This document shows, piece after piece, positions 1 through 8,781 of a stretch of 64,000 nt of DNA (the first letter of the stretch is position 1; each line of letters starts with the position of its first letter). The notes below the pieces were generated by a model that had not been told where the DNA came from, ran no database searches, and worked only from the letters and a program-made list of their open reading frames with translations. A program made the translations under genes and the position numbers. The stretch is from NCBI GenBank assembly GCA_965217585.1, contig OZ244561.1, forward strand, positions 5,344,001-5,408,000, written 5' to 3'. The stretch is from Candidatus Latescibacterota bacterium (GTDB taxonomy: Bacteria; Latescibacterota; UBA2968; UBA8231).

Positions 1-1394
1 GAGGTCAGCGATACTTCCGCCACAAAGCCCTCCCCGTAGAGCATCACCTCCGTAAAAGCTATGTAGCTGAGCGAACTCAGTGGGTTCTGGAACGGAGAGC
101 GAATAAAGCGGATCTTGATGGGCTCAATCTGGATTTCGCGAAATCGCAAGCCGCGGGAAGAGGTATGGCCAAAAGCGTCCCTAGCGGTACTTTGACCCAC
201 CCGAGTCCACTTGATGCTGCCGTCGGGTGCCCGGGTACCATCGGAGGTATCGACGTAAAGTTCGTTGATCGCTGAGGCTCCGTCGGTGAGAAAGTGCATG
301 GTGTCGACCCAGAATAGAGCCCCCAGATCCTCGAAGTAATTATAGTCGCGATAGCCGAAAATGGACCCATTGGCACCCGTGCTGTAGTTGCCGTCGGTAA
401 CTGCTGCCCCAATGTCCTTAACGCCACCATTGTGCTCGATTGTCACCTGTCCTCCCCGCTCCACCACGCCGATGTTGATATTGTCTCCCTCCGTCACGAC
501 CTCTACCTCGGCGATCTTGGGAATTTCCCTCCGGTAGTAGCGGATCGGGCCCCGGCGTTCGGGATTAATGCTGTCGTATTCCTCTTGTGAAATTAGAGTT
601 TCTCGGCCGGACCGCTCTTTCCGGTAGAATTCGATAGCGCCTTGCTGGTCTGTCGGCAGATTCTCGTACTCCTGTTCGGTCAATTCCTCAGCCTTGGTCG
701 AATCACTATTAATGGCAATTATTAGAATGCGCTCGAGCGGATCGCCCCTGAAGAGCAGATCCGATCCTTCGGTCGGACGGGGTTCAAATTCGAATACGCG
801 CTGTGTCTTGTTGGGTTTATCGGTCCTGCCGATCTCCCAGAAGTTGGGGACGTTGGTCTTGGGCTCGTCGAGATAATAGCCCGAAACCGAGCGCGGTGGG
901 GGTTGCCGCCAGCCCAGCACCTTGAACTGCAGGAAGGGATCTCCCTCGCCTTCTTGGGCAAAGCGCACGACTATTTTCTTGACGACCACTATGCGGCCAA
1001 GATTCACCTCTGCCCACCAGTCTTCCAGAGGGCTTTCGGGATTGGGGCCCCACATGGTCTGCAGGTCGCCATCTATCAGGTTGTTCACCGTATTGGTGCC
1101 GGAGCCTGCTATCACCCCTCCCTCGCCGGTAGTGGAAAATTGCGTCGCGTTCTGAGCTGCGTTGACCTCTTTCCGTATAAAGGAGGGCTGCACTGTATTG
1201 TCGGCCGTGGAAATATCCAGAACACTCGAAGCCCCTTTCCACGCCTGCCAGTGAGCTGCTCGGTCAATAAGGACTTGATTGCCGCGAATAGCGTGGCCCT
1301 GTTGCGACCAGGCTTGGAGGGGAAAGATCAGCAGTGTACCGATCCACACCAAGCTGGAGATGCCCCGCCGATAAGAAATCGAGTCAACTACCAT
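1..1394 (-). CDS. Secreted discoidin/F5-8C-like beta-sandwich protein (partial, runs off the window start); distant relative of the FlgD-tail array
   Basis: Not in the ORF track. Hand translation from ATG 1394 (GGAGGAG upstream) is open to position 1: signal-like MVVDSISYRRGISSLVWIGTLLIFPLQAWSQ, then NLIDGDLQTMWGP..DWWAEVNLGRIVVVKKIVVRF and FTEVMLYGEGFVAEVSLT, which resembles EVNEIEVYAKGFVEQATY in the array proteins. Confidence 0.75.
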   Translation of the reverse strand, partial: MVVDSISYRRGISSLVWIGTLLIFPLQAWSQQGHAIRGNQVLIDRAAHWQAWKGASSVLDISTADNTVQPSFIRKEVNAAQNATQFSTTGEGGVIAGSGTNTVNNLIDGDLQTMWGPNPESPLEDWWAEVNLGRIVVVKKIVVRFAQEGEGDPFLQFKVLGWRQPPPRSVSGYYLDEPKTNVPNFWEIGRTDKPNKTQRVFEFEPRPTEGSDLLFRGDPLERILIIAINSDSTKAEELTEQEYENLPTDQQGAIEFYRKERSGRETLISQEEYDSINPERRGPIRYYRREIPKIAEVEVVTEGDNINIGVVERGGQVTIEHNGGVKDIGAAVTDGNYSTGANGSIFGYRDYNYFEDLGALFWVDTMHFLTDGASAINELYVDTSDGTRAPDGSIKWTRVGQSTARDAFGHTSSRGLRFREIQIEPIKIRFIRSPFQNPLSSLSYIAFTEVMLYGEGFVAEVSLT

Positions 1395-1453
1395 GATGGC
1401 TCCTCCAGAATGTGAATTTGTCGCGTGGTTAAACAGCTTTTAGATAGATAAAC

Positions 1454-1487
1454 ACAAAGAGGGGATATCGAAATATCCCCTCTTTGT
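1454..1487 (-). terminator. Intrinsic terminator of the 1504-2433 gene
   Basis: Perfect 15-bp inverted repeat ACAAAGAGGGGATAT/ATATCCCCTCTTTGT with a UUCG loop on the minus strand, followed by U-rich sequence. Confidence 0.85.
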
Positions 1488-1503
1488 ATTTGAAAGACTG
1501 GAA

Positions 1504-2433
1504 TTATTCTTCCAGCAGATAGTGGGACTTGATTCTGCCCCACGAGTCGTTTTCTACAGCGGTGGGGAACAGCTCTTCATCGACCTCCAGCAACTCCATG
1601 TCGCCCATGAGATTGCCATTGCGCCAGACGTTGTGAACAGCCGGAAAATCGTAGGAGCCCTCGTAGCTGGAGTCCAAGTCGTAGTCTTTAGACAGGGAGC
1701 CGACGTGGATGATATTGCCTACTTCCAAGTCGAAGATTGTGCTTTGCTCAGGACCATCCCAACTCCAAGTTTCCCACGGGGTCATCATGATCTCGTAGGA
1801 ATAAGTACCCGGACCACCAGTCTCGCCGGTGCGGGACCAGCCCACTTGGGCGTACTCGGGGAAGGGGATCTCGCGGCCAGTGGTCTCCCAGTCGGTCGCC
1901 TCGATGTACTTGAAGGCCCAGTACCCATCGATGGGCGGCACGTGGATCTGCCACAGTTGACCCGTGACGAAAAACAAATCCCGGCGCTCGTCCTCGGACA
2001 AATCGTTCCAATCGTTGTTAAACATATCGCCACCGCTGTGATCGGCGTCGAGCACGAAGTGCCAGTCGTCATCCCAGTTGAAGACGGTGGGGTCGTCGCG
2101 GTCGTTGTTGAGATTATCGTCAACCACAAAGGCAAAGGAGAAAACCCGGTTCATTTCCTCGTTCCAGGCCCATGCGCTCCTAGCGTTGAAATCCGACAGC
2201 TCGCCGCTGTCAGTCCCGCGCACGGTCTCTTGGATATGGCCTCCTTCCACCGAGATCTCGAAGATATCTGGATCTACCATGTCCCAATCGCTTAGATCGC
2301 CGTCGATGGCGGGCACGGCGTGAAGGGGGAACTGAAAGGCGAAGTAAACCTCGCCAGGCGGTTCGTGAGCCGAGCCGATACTAGCGCAGGCGACCACGAG
2401 CGCTAAAGCCAGAAAGCAACGAATCAGTTTCAT
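1504..2433 (-). CDS. Secreted acidic CBM9/DOMON-like protein with C-terminal PTAVExxSWGRIK tail
   Basis: Signal peptide MKLIRCFLALALVVACASIGSA, P.IDGDLSDW motif typical of CBM9-like sugar-binding folds, strong SD (AGGAGG). Confidence 0.65.
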   Translation of the reverse strand: MKLIRCFLALALVVACASIGSAHEPPGEVYFAFQFPLHAVPAIDGDLSDWDMVDPDIFEISVEGGHIQETVRGTDSGELSDFNARSAWAWNEEMNRVFSFAFVVDDNLNNDRDDPTVFNWDDDWHFVLDADHSGGDMFNNDWNDLSEDERRDLFFVTGQLWQIHVPPIDGYWAFKYIEATDWETTGREIPFPEYAQVGWSRTGETGGPGTYSYEIMMTPWETWSWDGPEQSTIFDLEVGNIIHVGSLSKDYDLDSSYEGSYDFPAVHNVWRNGNLMGDMELLEVDEELFPTAVENDSWGRIKSHYLLEE

Positions 2434-2622
2434 TACTTTAACCTCCTGTTAGGTATTGGATTGAAAAGCCGATTCATCTGTCTGCTCAATTCTGCATATA
2501 CAGTGCCGAGTTACCAGGCTATGAGACCTCCTTTCGCCTGACTGTTTAAACGTTCTTTATTCCTGCTACGGACACTTAGTTTGGTAATATACGAGCAAAA
2601 AGTCTAAGTACATAGAAAAATT

Positions 2623-4764
2623 TCAACCCTCTCCCTCCAACTGCTGTATTCGGCCCGCCGATGGATGATTGGGTGCCAACTCTACCCCCTTCTGCCAGTA
2701 CGCACGGGCCTGCTGACGTCGTTCCAAGCGCCACAAGGCCCGGCCTAGATTGAAGTAGGCCGGGGCAAAATCCGGGTGCAACGCGACCAGCTCTTCCCAA
2801 GTTTCCACGGCTTTTTCCAGATCTCCCAAGGAGGCGTACGCCACTCCGAGTTCGTTGTACGCCTCTTGGTACGCTGGCTTCAGAGCTATAGCCTGCTCCA
2901 AAAAGCGCACGACCTGCTCTAGCTGGCCCAATTGAGCATAGGTCCGCCCCATTTGGGTGTAGAGATAGCGTCCCACTTCTAGGCCGACCAATTCTTCGGG
3001 CGCTGGCGCAATTTCCAAGGCCCGGTGGTACGCCTGCAAGGCGCCCGCCCAATCTTTTTCGGCCCTAGCTTGGTGACCGCGCAAAACCCAGTGCAGTGCC
3101 TCAAAGTAGGAACGGGCCTCTATCCGCACCGAAGTTCCGTTCACAGAGAGCGTGTCTAGCCGGACGACAGGTCCCGTCTTTTCTACTTGGTCAAATCCCG
3201 CAATCGGCAAAAAGTACCAGTCCATTCGGTCGAAAACAGCCGCTTCCACCCGGCCTGGTGAAAAGACTTCCCGCCATTGGCCTGTCCCTAGGAGGGACTG
3301 GAAATCGGGTGGTATCTCCTCGTCGGAGCACACAGGATGCTGATAGTGGACGATCACGACTGGGGCACTAGCGCTGTCCTGGGACGTCGACTTTACCTTC
3401 TCCACCTTCGTCTCCAGGTACAGGGGCGGCAGATCGTCGCGCCGGGCCAGTAGCGCGTACGCCCGCAGCAACGCTTCGCTGCCGTAGCTCTGCAGGTAAT
3501 GGGTCTGCCGCACCTGCAAGCGCTCGGGTGTCAGCACCTGGATCTGGCCGCACTTTGAGGGCAATTGGATCAGGCGCTGGTACTGGGGAAGGTGGGTCTG
3601 GAGCCAAGCCTGAGCCTCTATGCGGGTGTCTTGGCCGCTGAGTAGAGATCTAGTGCGGAGCGAGGCGTACAGGGGCTCGGCCACCAAGGTCAGGGTGACC
3701 AAGCCACCCACCAGAGGGTACTTACATCCCATCCCGACCAAACGTCCGATGAGCAAGGCTAGCAAGGGCGCAAGGGGTAGGGCATAGCGCATAAAAGTGG
3801 AGCCAGCAAGAGCGAGAACTGCGGCCAAGGGAATGATGCCAGCCAGCAAGACAAGTTCCTGCCATTGCCTCTGGCGAATGCCCCAGAGCAGGGACAGGGC
3901 TACGGCCACGGCAGCCACCGCGCCCAGACCGTGGCGCAAAGTATAGCGCAGGTGGTAGAGCCAAGCCTGTTCCTCTGCACCCGGCTCCGCCAGCAGATGG
4001 GTCCGTCCCATATCGGCGAAATGGTCCCAAAACTGCCCGGCATCGAGCCAGACAAAGGGTGTGGCTAAGGCAAAACTCAACGCAGCCCCACTGCCGACCC
4101 AGATGATGCGCCTGCGTGGCCAAGGTCTATTCAGCAAAATCGCCGTGGCTACTGGTATCGCCACTAGAACCGCCGGGTACTTGGTCGCCCCGGCCAAGCC
4201 AGTGAAAATACCCGCCGCCAGAAAATCCCACACGTGCCCCTCCTGTCGGGCCCGCACGGCCCACAACAGGGCCATTACCGCCCAGAAAACAGCCGGCGTA
4301 TCCACGATGGCCAAATGGGCAAAACGCACGGCCAGCGGCATGGTCGCCAAGATCAGGGCGGCCAAGAGTCCTTCTCTGACGCCGTAGAGGCGTCGGCCTA
4401 GACAGGCGACAGCCCCTACTGTGGCAACGGACAGCAGGGTGTTGACCCCACGCACTAGCGCTAGCAAATCGCGGCCGTCCACCAGCAAGTGATAGGCGAC
4501 AAACTGCTCCACTGATTCGGCGCTTGTCACCAGATAGTAGAGCAGGTATAAAAATGAACTAAGGTAGAAGTGAAAGGTTGGGTAGTTAAAGTAGTGGGGA
4601 TTGAGATCGCCGCTCCAGAAACCCAGCGGCAGGACTATGAAGGCGATCTCGTCGAAGTGGGTCCAGGCTGGTATGGGCACTGGCCAGCGCAGCGCCAGCG
4701 TTAGCACCAAGATAGCGCCCGTACCCCATCTGAAGGGAATGCGCCCTGTGTTCTTCTCTGACAT
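2623..4764 (-). CDS. GT-C fold glycosyltransferase (ArnT/PMT_2-like) with C-terminal TPR repeats
   Basis: HFDE motif, NPHYFNYP, many TM helices, GLAGATKY, RYALP, then a TPR array (EAYNELGVAYASLGDLEKA); ATG 4764 follows AAGG. Confidence 0.8.
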   Translation of the reverse strand: MSEKNTGRIPFRWGTGAILVLTLALRWPVPIPAWTHFDEIAFIVLPLGFWSGDLNPHYFNYPTFHFYLSSFLYLLYYLVTSAESVEQFVAYHLLVDGRDLLALVRGVNTLLSVATVGAVACLGRRLYGVREGLLAALILATMPLAVRFAHLAIVDTPAVFWAVMALLWAVRARQEGHVWDFLAAGIFTGLAGATKYPAVLVAIPVATAILLNRPWPRRRIIWVGSGAALSFALATPFVWLDAGQFWDHFADMGRTHLLAEPGAEEQAWLYHLRYTLRHGLGAVAAVAVALSLLWGIRQRQWQELVLLAGIIPLAAVLALAGSTFMRYALPLAPLLALLIGRLVGMGCKYPLVGGLVTLTLVAEPLYASLRTRSLLSGQDTRIEAQAWLQTHLPQYQRLIQLPSKCGQIQVLTPERLQVRQTHYLQSYGSEALLRAYALLARRDDLPPLYLETKVEKVKSTSQDSASAPVVIVHYQHPVCSDEEIPPDFQSLLGTGQWREVFSPGRVEAAVFDRMDWYFLPIAGFDQVEKTGPVVRLDTLSVNGTSVRIEARSYFEALHWVLRGHQARAEKDWAGALQAYHRALEIAPAPEELVGLEVGRYLYTQMGRTYAQLGQLEQVVRFLEQAIALKPAYQEAYNELGVAYASLGDLEKAVETWEELVALHPDFAPAYFNLGRALWRLERRQQARAYWQKGVELAPNHPSAGRIQQLEGEG

Positions 4765-4821
4765 TTGGCGCCTTTCCCGCCTAGGCTGGCTCAATTACCG
4801 CCCGTCGGCGAGAATTCCGCG

Positions 4822-6570
4822 CTAGCCGCCGGTGAGAACGCGTTTTAGGTTGTCCTCCCTGACCTCGACCTGCGCCGCGTACTTAGCCCGTAGTTCGGCC
4901 AAGAATTGCTCGAATACCTGCTGCTTCTTGATCCAGTTGACTGTGGCCCGCACCCGCTTTTTGGCTTCTTCAAAGGAGGCGCGCTGCCGCTCGCGGGACA
5001 ACACCTTGAAAATGGAGTACCCCTCGCGCACCTGCAGCGGCCCGGTCAACTCGCCCACGGGGGCTTTGCGGGCCGCCGCCACCAAGCGTCCGTACACCGC
5101 TGCGGCCGCAACCGTAAAACGCCGTCGGCCCTCCTCGTCCCGCAGCTCTGGAGCGCGTTTGGAGTATTGGCGTGCCAAGTCGCTCATGGGCGCACCCAGC
5201 CGGAGGCGTTCGAGCAAGTCCTTGGCTTCCGCTTCGGTAGCGACGAGGATTTCCTGAATCTCGATTTGGGCGGGCTGCATGTAGCGGTCGGGATTTTCTT
5301 TGTATTCCCGGCGGATATCCTCTGCGGAAATGCTTAGGCGCTCCTTCAACACCTGGACGCGCAACTGCACGACCAATTCCTGTTCTCGTTTCCTCGCCAG
5401 CCATTGCGTCACTTCCTCTTCCTGATCTAGGCCCTCCCTCAGGGCGGCCTCGACAAAGAGCGCATCGGGCACCAAGGTGCCTTCGGCGTACTCGATGACT
5501 GCCTCTTTGCTGCGCAAGTCCAGCGTTTTGTATTTGAATTGACTGGCGGCATCGAGTACATCTCCGGCCGTGATCTTTCCTCCTTCATAGCGGTAGAGAA
5601 CAATAGCCCGCACTTCCTCATTTCCGGAGGTGGCTCCCCTGTGCATTGCCGCCGAGAAGGCATCCAACCCCCGCTGATCCCTTTCGAGTTTGAGGGCTTC
5701 TTTGAGGCTGTCGGTCAGGGCAGCCCTCGCCTCGACGCTGCGCTCGATGAAGAGTTGGCGGTAAATATTTTGGAATTGCTCGGCGTCTAGCCCGGTTTCG
5801 ATTGACTCCAAGGCTTTGAAAAGGGCGAAATGACCACCTATGTCTATGGGCTGGCTTACTTCTCCTTTTTCAAGTGCGAAGAGGGGCAGGCGCAGATAGG
5901 GCGGCATATCCAGCTTGCCGACAAACCGACCGGTGTCTCCTCCTTGCTCCATTGTTGGTTCGTGGATGGACCACTGCTCAGCTACTTCTCCGAAATCTCG
6001 CCCCGAGGAGATCTCGCGCAGTGCGGACCAAGCGCTGTCTTCGCTGGTGGTGATGAGTTGGGCAAAGCGGACCTTGCGCGCCAATTCCCGTTCCCGAAAG
6101 TAATCGCTGACCTCCTGTCCTGAGACTCGCACCTTGATCTTTTTGATCTGGTAGAGGCCAATGAGCTTTTCCTTCCTGTACTGGGCTATCTTATAAATGA
6201 AGGCTGGCAGGCGATCTATCCCTTGCTCCTTGGCCTCCAACTGCAGCAGCTCCATATCGATGAGCGTCTGCAAATGGTTGCGCTCCTTCTCCAATCCTTC
6301 ACTGTCGCTCTGGAGGTAATTGGGAATTTTGCCGTAGAACTTCCGCAGTTGGCCAGCAGTGATGGATCGATCTCCCACCCGGGCCAGTTCCAGTTTCCAC
6401 TGGGCCGTCGAGTCCGGAGTGGTGACGAGCTCTGCCTGCGGCTGGAGGGCTTCTTCCTCCTGATTGGCACAGCCAGTTCCCAAAATGGCTAATAGCACCA
6501 CCCCGATTCTCCATCTTGTCGCGACGGGTACAAGACGTATTATTGCCTTGGGGCTTAGGTATTTCATCAT
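4822..6570 (-). CDS. Peptidyl-prolyl cis-trans isomerase/foldase (PrsA/SurA-like, two parvulin domains), probable lipoprotein
   Basis: Lipobox-like LGTGC; rotamase motifs DFGEVAEQWS..QGGDTG and MSDLARQYS..GELTGPLQVREGYSIFKV. Confidence 0.8.
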   Translation of the reverse strand: MMKYLSPKAIIRLVPVATRWRIGVVLLAILGTGCANQEEEALQPQAELVTTPDSTAQWKLELARVGDRSITAGQLRKFYGKIPNYLQSDSEGLEKERNHLQTLIDMELLQLEAKEQGIDRLPAFIYKIAQYRKEKLIGLYQIKKIKVRVSGQEVSDYFRERELARKVRFAQLITTSEDSAWSALREISSGRDFGEVAEQWSIHEPTMEQGGDTGRFVGKLDMPPYLRLPLFALEKGEVSQPIDIGGHFALFKALESIETGLDAEQFQNIYRQLFIERSVEARAALTDSLKEALKLERDQRGLDAFSAAMHRGATSGNEEVRAIVLYRYEGGKITAGDVLDAASQFKYKTLDLRSKEAVIEYAEGTLVPDALFVEAALREGLDQEEEVTQWLARKREQELVVQLRVQVLKERLSISAEDIRREYKENPDRYMQPAQIEIQEILVATEAEAKDLLERLRLGAPMSDLARQYSKRAPELRDEEGRRRFTVAAAAVYGRLVAAARKAPVGELTGPLQVREGYSIFKVLSRERQRASFEEAKKRVRATVNWIKKQQVFEQFLAELRAKYAAQVEVREDNLKRVLTGG

Positions 6571-6702
6571 TTTCCTCCAATGCCTCTAGGGACACATGTT
6601 AAACATTGGCCCAGAGGCGAAATTTACAACCTACAACACCCCAATAAAGCCAACTTTTTCGCTACTGTCGAGAAACAGGCACTCGCTGCCTGCGTCTTGT
6701 CT

Positions 6703-8724
6703 ATGTTCGCAAATAACCGCTATGTCGTTGCTCTTTTCCTCTTGGCCCTGATTCTGCGTCTGGCCTACCTAGTAGAAATCCGCGATACACTCTACTTTCA
6801 CACCTTAATCCTCGACGCTGAGGAGTACGATTATCTAGCCCAGGCTCTGCTCGAAGGCGACTGGTGGCTCACCACTCATCGCACCTATGTCCACGGTCCG
6901 CTCTATCCCGCGCTATTGACCCTGCTTAAACTGGGCGGTGCCGGGCTTGTGGCCACGCGCCTGTTCCAAGCCGTTCTCGGGGCTTTCTCCTGCGTCCTAC
7001 TCTACGCTATTGCTCGTCGCTTTTTCCCCACTCCTACCCCTTTGCTAACCGGTCTGATAGCAGTTGGGTACTGGCCCTTTATCCTCTACAACGGCGAACT
7101 ACTGGCCACCACCCTGACCATCTTTATCGAACTGCTTTTGGTGATTCAACTGGTGCGCTGCGCCGACCGGCCTAGCTATTGGTCGGTCGGCGGTGCCGGG
7201 GCGCTACTGGGCCTGCTGATTGAGACGCGCAGCAATACCCTGTTACTGGTGCCGGTGGCTCTCTGGTGGCTCTACTATCGGACTCGAACCCGACTACTGG
7301 TACCTTTCTTGTTGGGGCTCTGCGCCGTTCTGACTCCCTTTCTGGTCCACAACAGCCTCGTCCAAGGCACGCCGCTCCCGTTCCAAGGTGCTTGGAGCTT
7401 TTACATGGGCAACAATCCGGTGGCCGACGGCACTCCATATGCACGCCAGGGGATAGACTGGCAACGTCTCGAATTGCTGCCCTACCAGGCAGATATGGCC
7501 GCTTCGCCAGCCGCCAGAGGCCGGTTCTATCTGATCGAGGGATTCGGCTTCATTGTCGATCAACCGCTTTCCTACCTCCACTTGCTCTACCGCAAATTCA
7601 GGCTGTTCTGGCACGCCTTTGAAATCCCAGTGAGCGTTGATATCCACTTTTACGAGGTGCATTCCTACTTAAGCCGCTTGGCTGTTTTCGGTTTTGGCAT
7701 TGTCGCTCCCTTAGCTCTAGTCGGGTTGGTGGGGAACTGGCATCGATGGCGCCAATACGGCTTGCTCTACGGTTTCGGACTATCCTACCTGGTCTCGGGC
7801 CTGCTCTTTACGGTATGCGCTCGCTATCGGCTCCCCGCGGTGCCTTTTCTGATGCTTTTCGCCGCCGAAGCTATCCGTCAAGGTGCCCTAAGTTTAAAGG
7901 AGCACCAGTGGCGACGCAGTGCTGCCTTGGCGCTGGTGCTGGGTGCTGCTTTTGCACTGGGACACACTGGAATTGATCCCGCACAGGTGGATCACCTGCG
8001 TTCTGCTTGGCTCCAGGGGCAGGTCCACATGCGCAACCAAGCATATGACCGCGCCGAGGCGGCCTATTTGCAGGCGCTCCAGGACGATGCCGACGCAGAT
8101 GTCTACAGCAGTCTGGGTGCAGTCTACGAAGGGCAGAGGCGGCCTCGTGAAGCTGAAACGGCGTATCGCCGAGCCCTTGTTCTGGCCTCTGATCACACCC
8201 GGGCTCGGCTCAATCTGAGCAATCTCCTGCGCGGGGAACAGCGCTTCGATGAAGCCAAGGCCATCCTCCTTGAGGCACTCGCCAACGACCCCCGTCCCTC
8301 CATTCAATACGAGGGCCACTACTATCTGGGCTATCTCCATCTAGACCAGCGGGACTATCTGCAGGCGTATGGCTCTTTCACCACGGCCCTAGAAGCGGAG
8401 CAACGAGCCGAAGGTTTCTACGCCTTGGCTAATGCCTGCCACCATCTAGGGCACCAGGACGAGCAGATCCGGCACTTGCGGAAGACTGTAGATATAGATC
8501 CAGAATTTGCCGCTGCTCATCGGAACCTTGGAGCCTTGTACCTGCAGCGAGGTGAATACGCGCCTGCCGAAGAGGCGCTGCGCCGAGCCCTGCACCTTGA
8601 ACCCGATGTGGCCATTGCCCACTACAATATAGGTGTGCTCTATGTGCACACCGGGCGACGAGAATTGGCCCAGACCGCCTTCGAAACCGCCGAGCAGCTA
8701 CGCCGGGCAGAGACGTCCCCTTGA
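6703..8724 (+). CDS. GT-C fold glycosyltransferase (family 39-like) with C-terminal TPR array
   Basis: LDAEEYDYLA, GPLYP, FYMGNNP and ARYRLP motifs, multiple TM segments and TPR repeats; ATG 6703 preferred over the upstream extension. Confidence 0.8.
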   Translation: MFANNRYVVALFLLALILRLAYLVEIRDTLYFHTLILDAEEYDYLAQALLEGDWWLTTHRTYVHGPLYPALLTLLKLGGAGLVATRLFQAVLGAFSCVLLYAIARRFFPTPTPLLTGLIAVGYWPFILYNGELLATTLTIFIELLLVIQLVRCADRPSYWSVGGAGALLGLLIETRSNTLLLVPVALWWLYYRTRTRLLVPFLLGLCAVLTPFLVHNSLVQGTPLPFQGAWSFYMGNNPVADGTPYARQGIDWQRLELLPYQADMAASPAARGRFYLIEGFGFIVDQPLSYLHLLYRKFRLFWHAFEIPVSVDIHFYEVHSYLSRLAVFGFGIVAPLALVGLVGNWHRWRQYGLLYGFGLSYLVSGLLFTVCARYRLPAVPFLMLFAAEAIRQGALSLKEHQWRRSAALALVLGAAFALGHTGIDPAQVDHLRSAWLQGQVHMRNQAYDRAEAAYLQALQDDADADVYSSLGAVYEGQRRPREAETAYRRALVLASDHTRARLNLSNLLRGEQRFDEAKAILLEALANDPRPSIQYEGHYYLGYLHLDQRDYLQAYGSFTTALEAEQRAEGFYALANACHHLGHQDEQIRHLRKTVDIDPEFAAAHRNLGALYLQRGEYAPAEEALRRALHLEPDVAIAHYNIGVLYVHTGRRELAQTAFETAEQLRRAETSP

Positions 8725-8781
8725 AAGGGGCTTTAAGATCCCGGCCCAGCGGTACATGACGGCAACGGCCACCGGAAATAT

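Noticed and set aside
77-1415. Short ORFs listed in the track at the window start
   Set aside because: They are shadows of the long minus-strand ORF 1-1394, which the track missed because its stop lies outside the window
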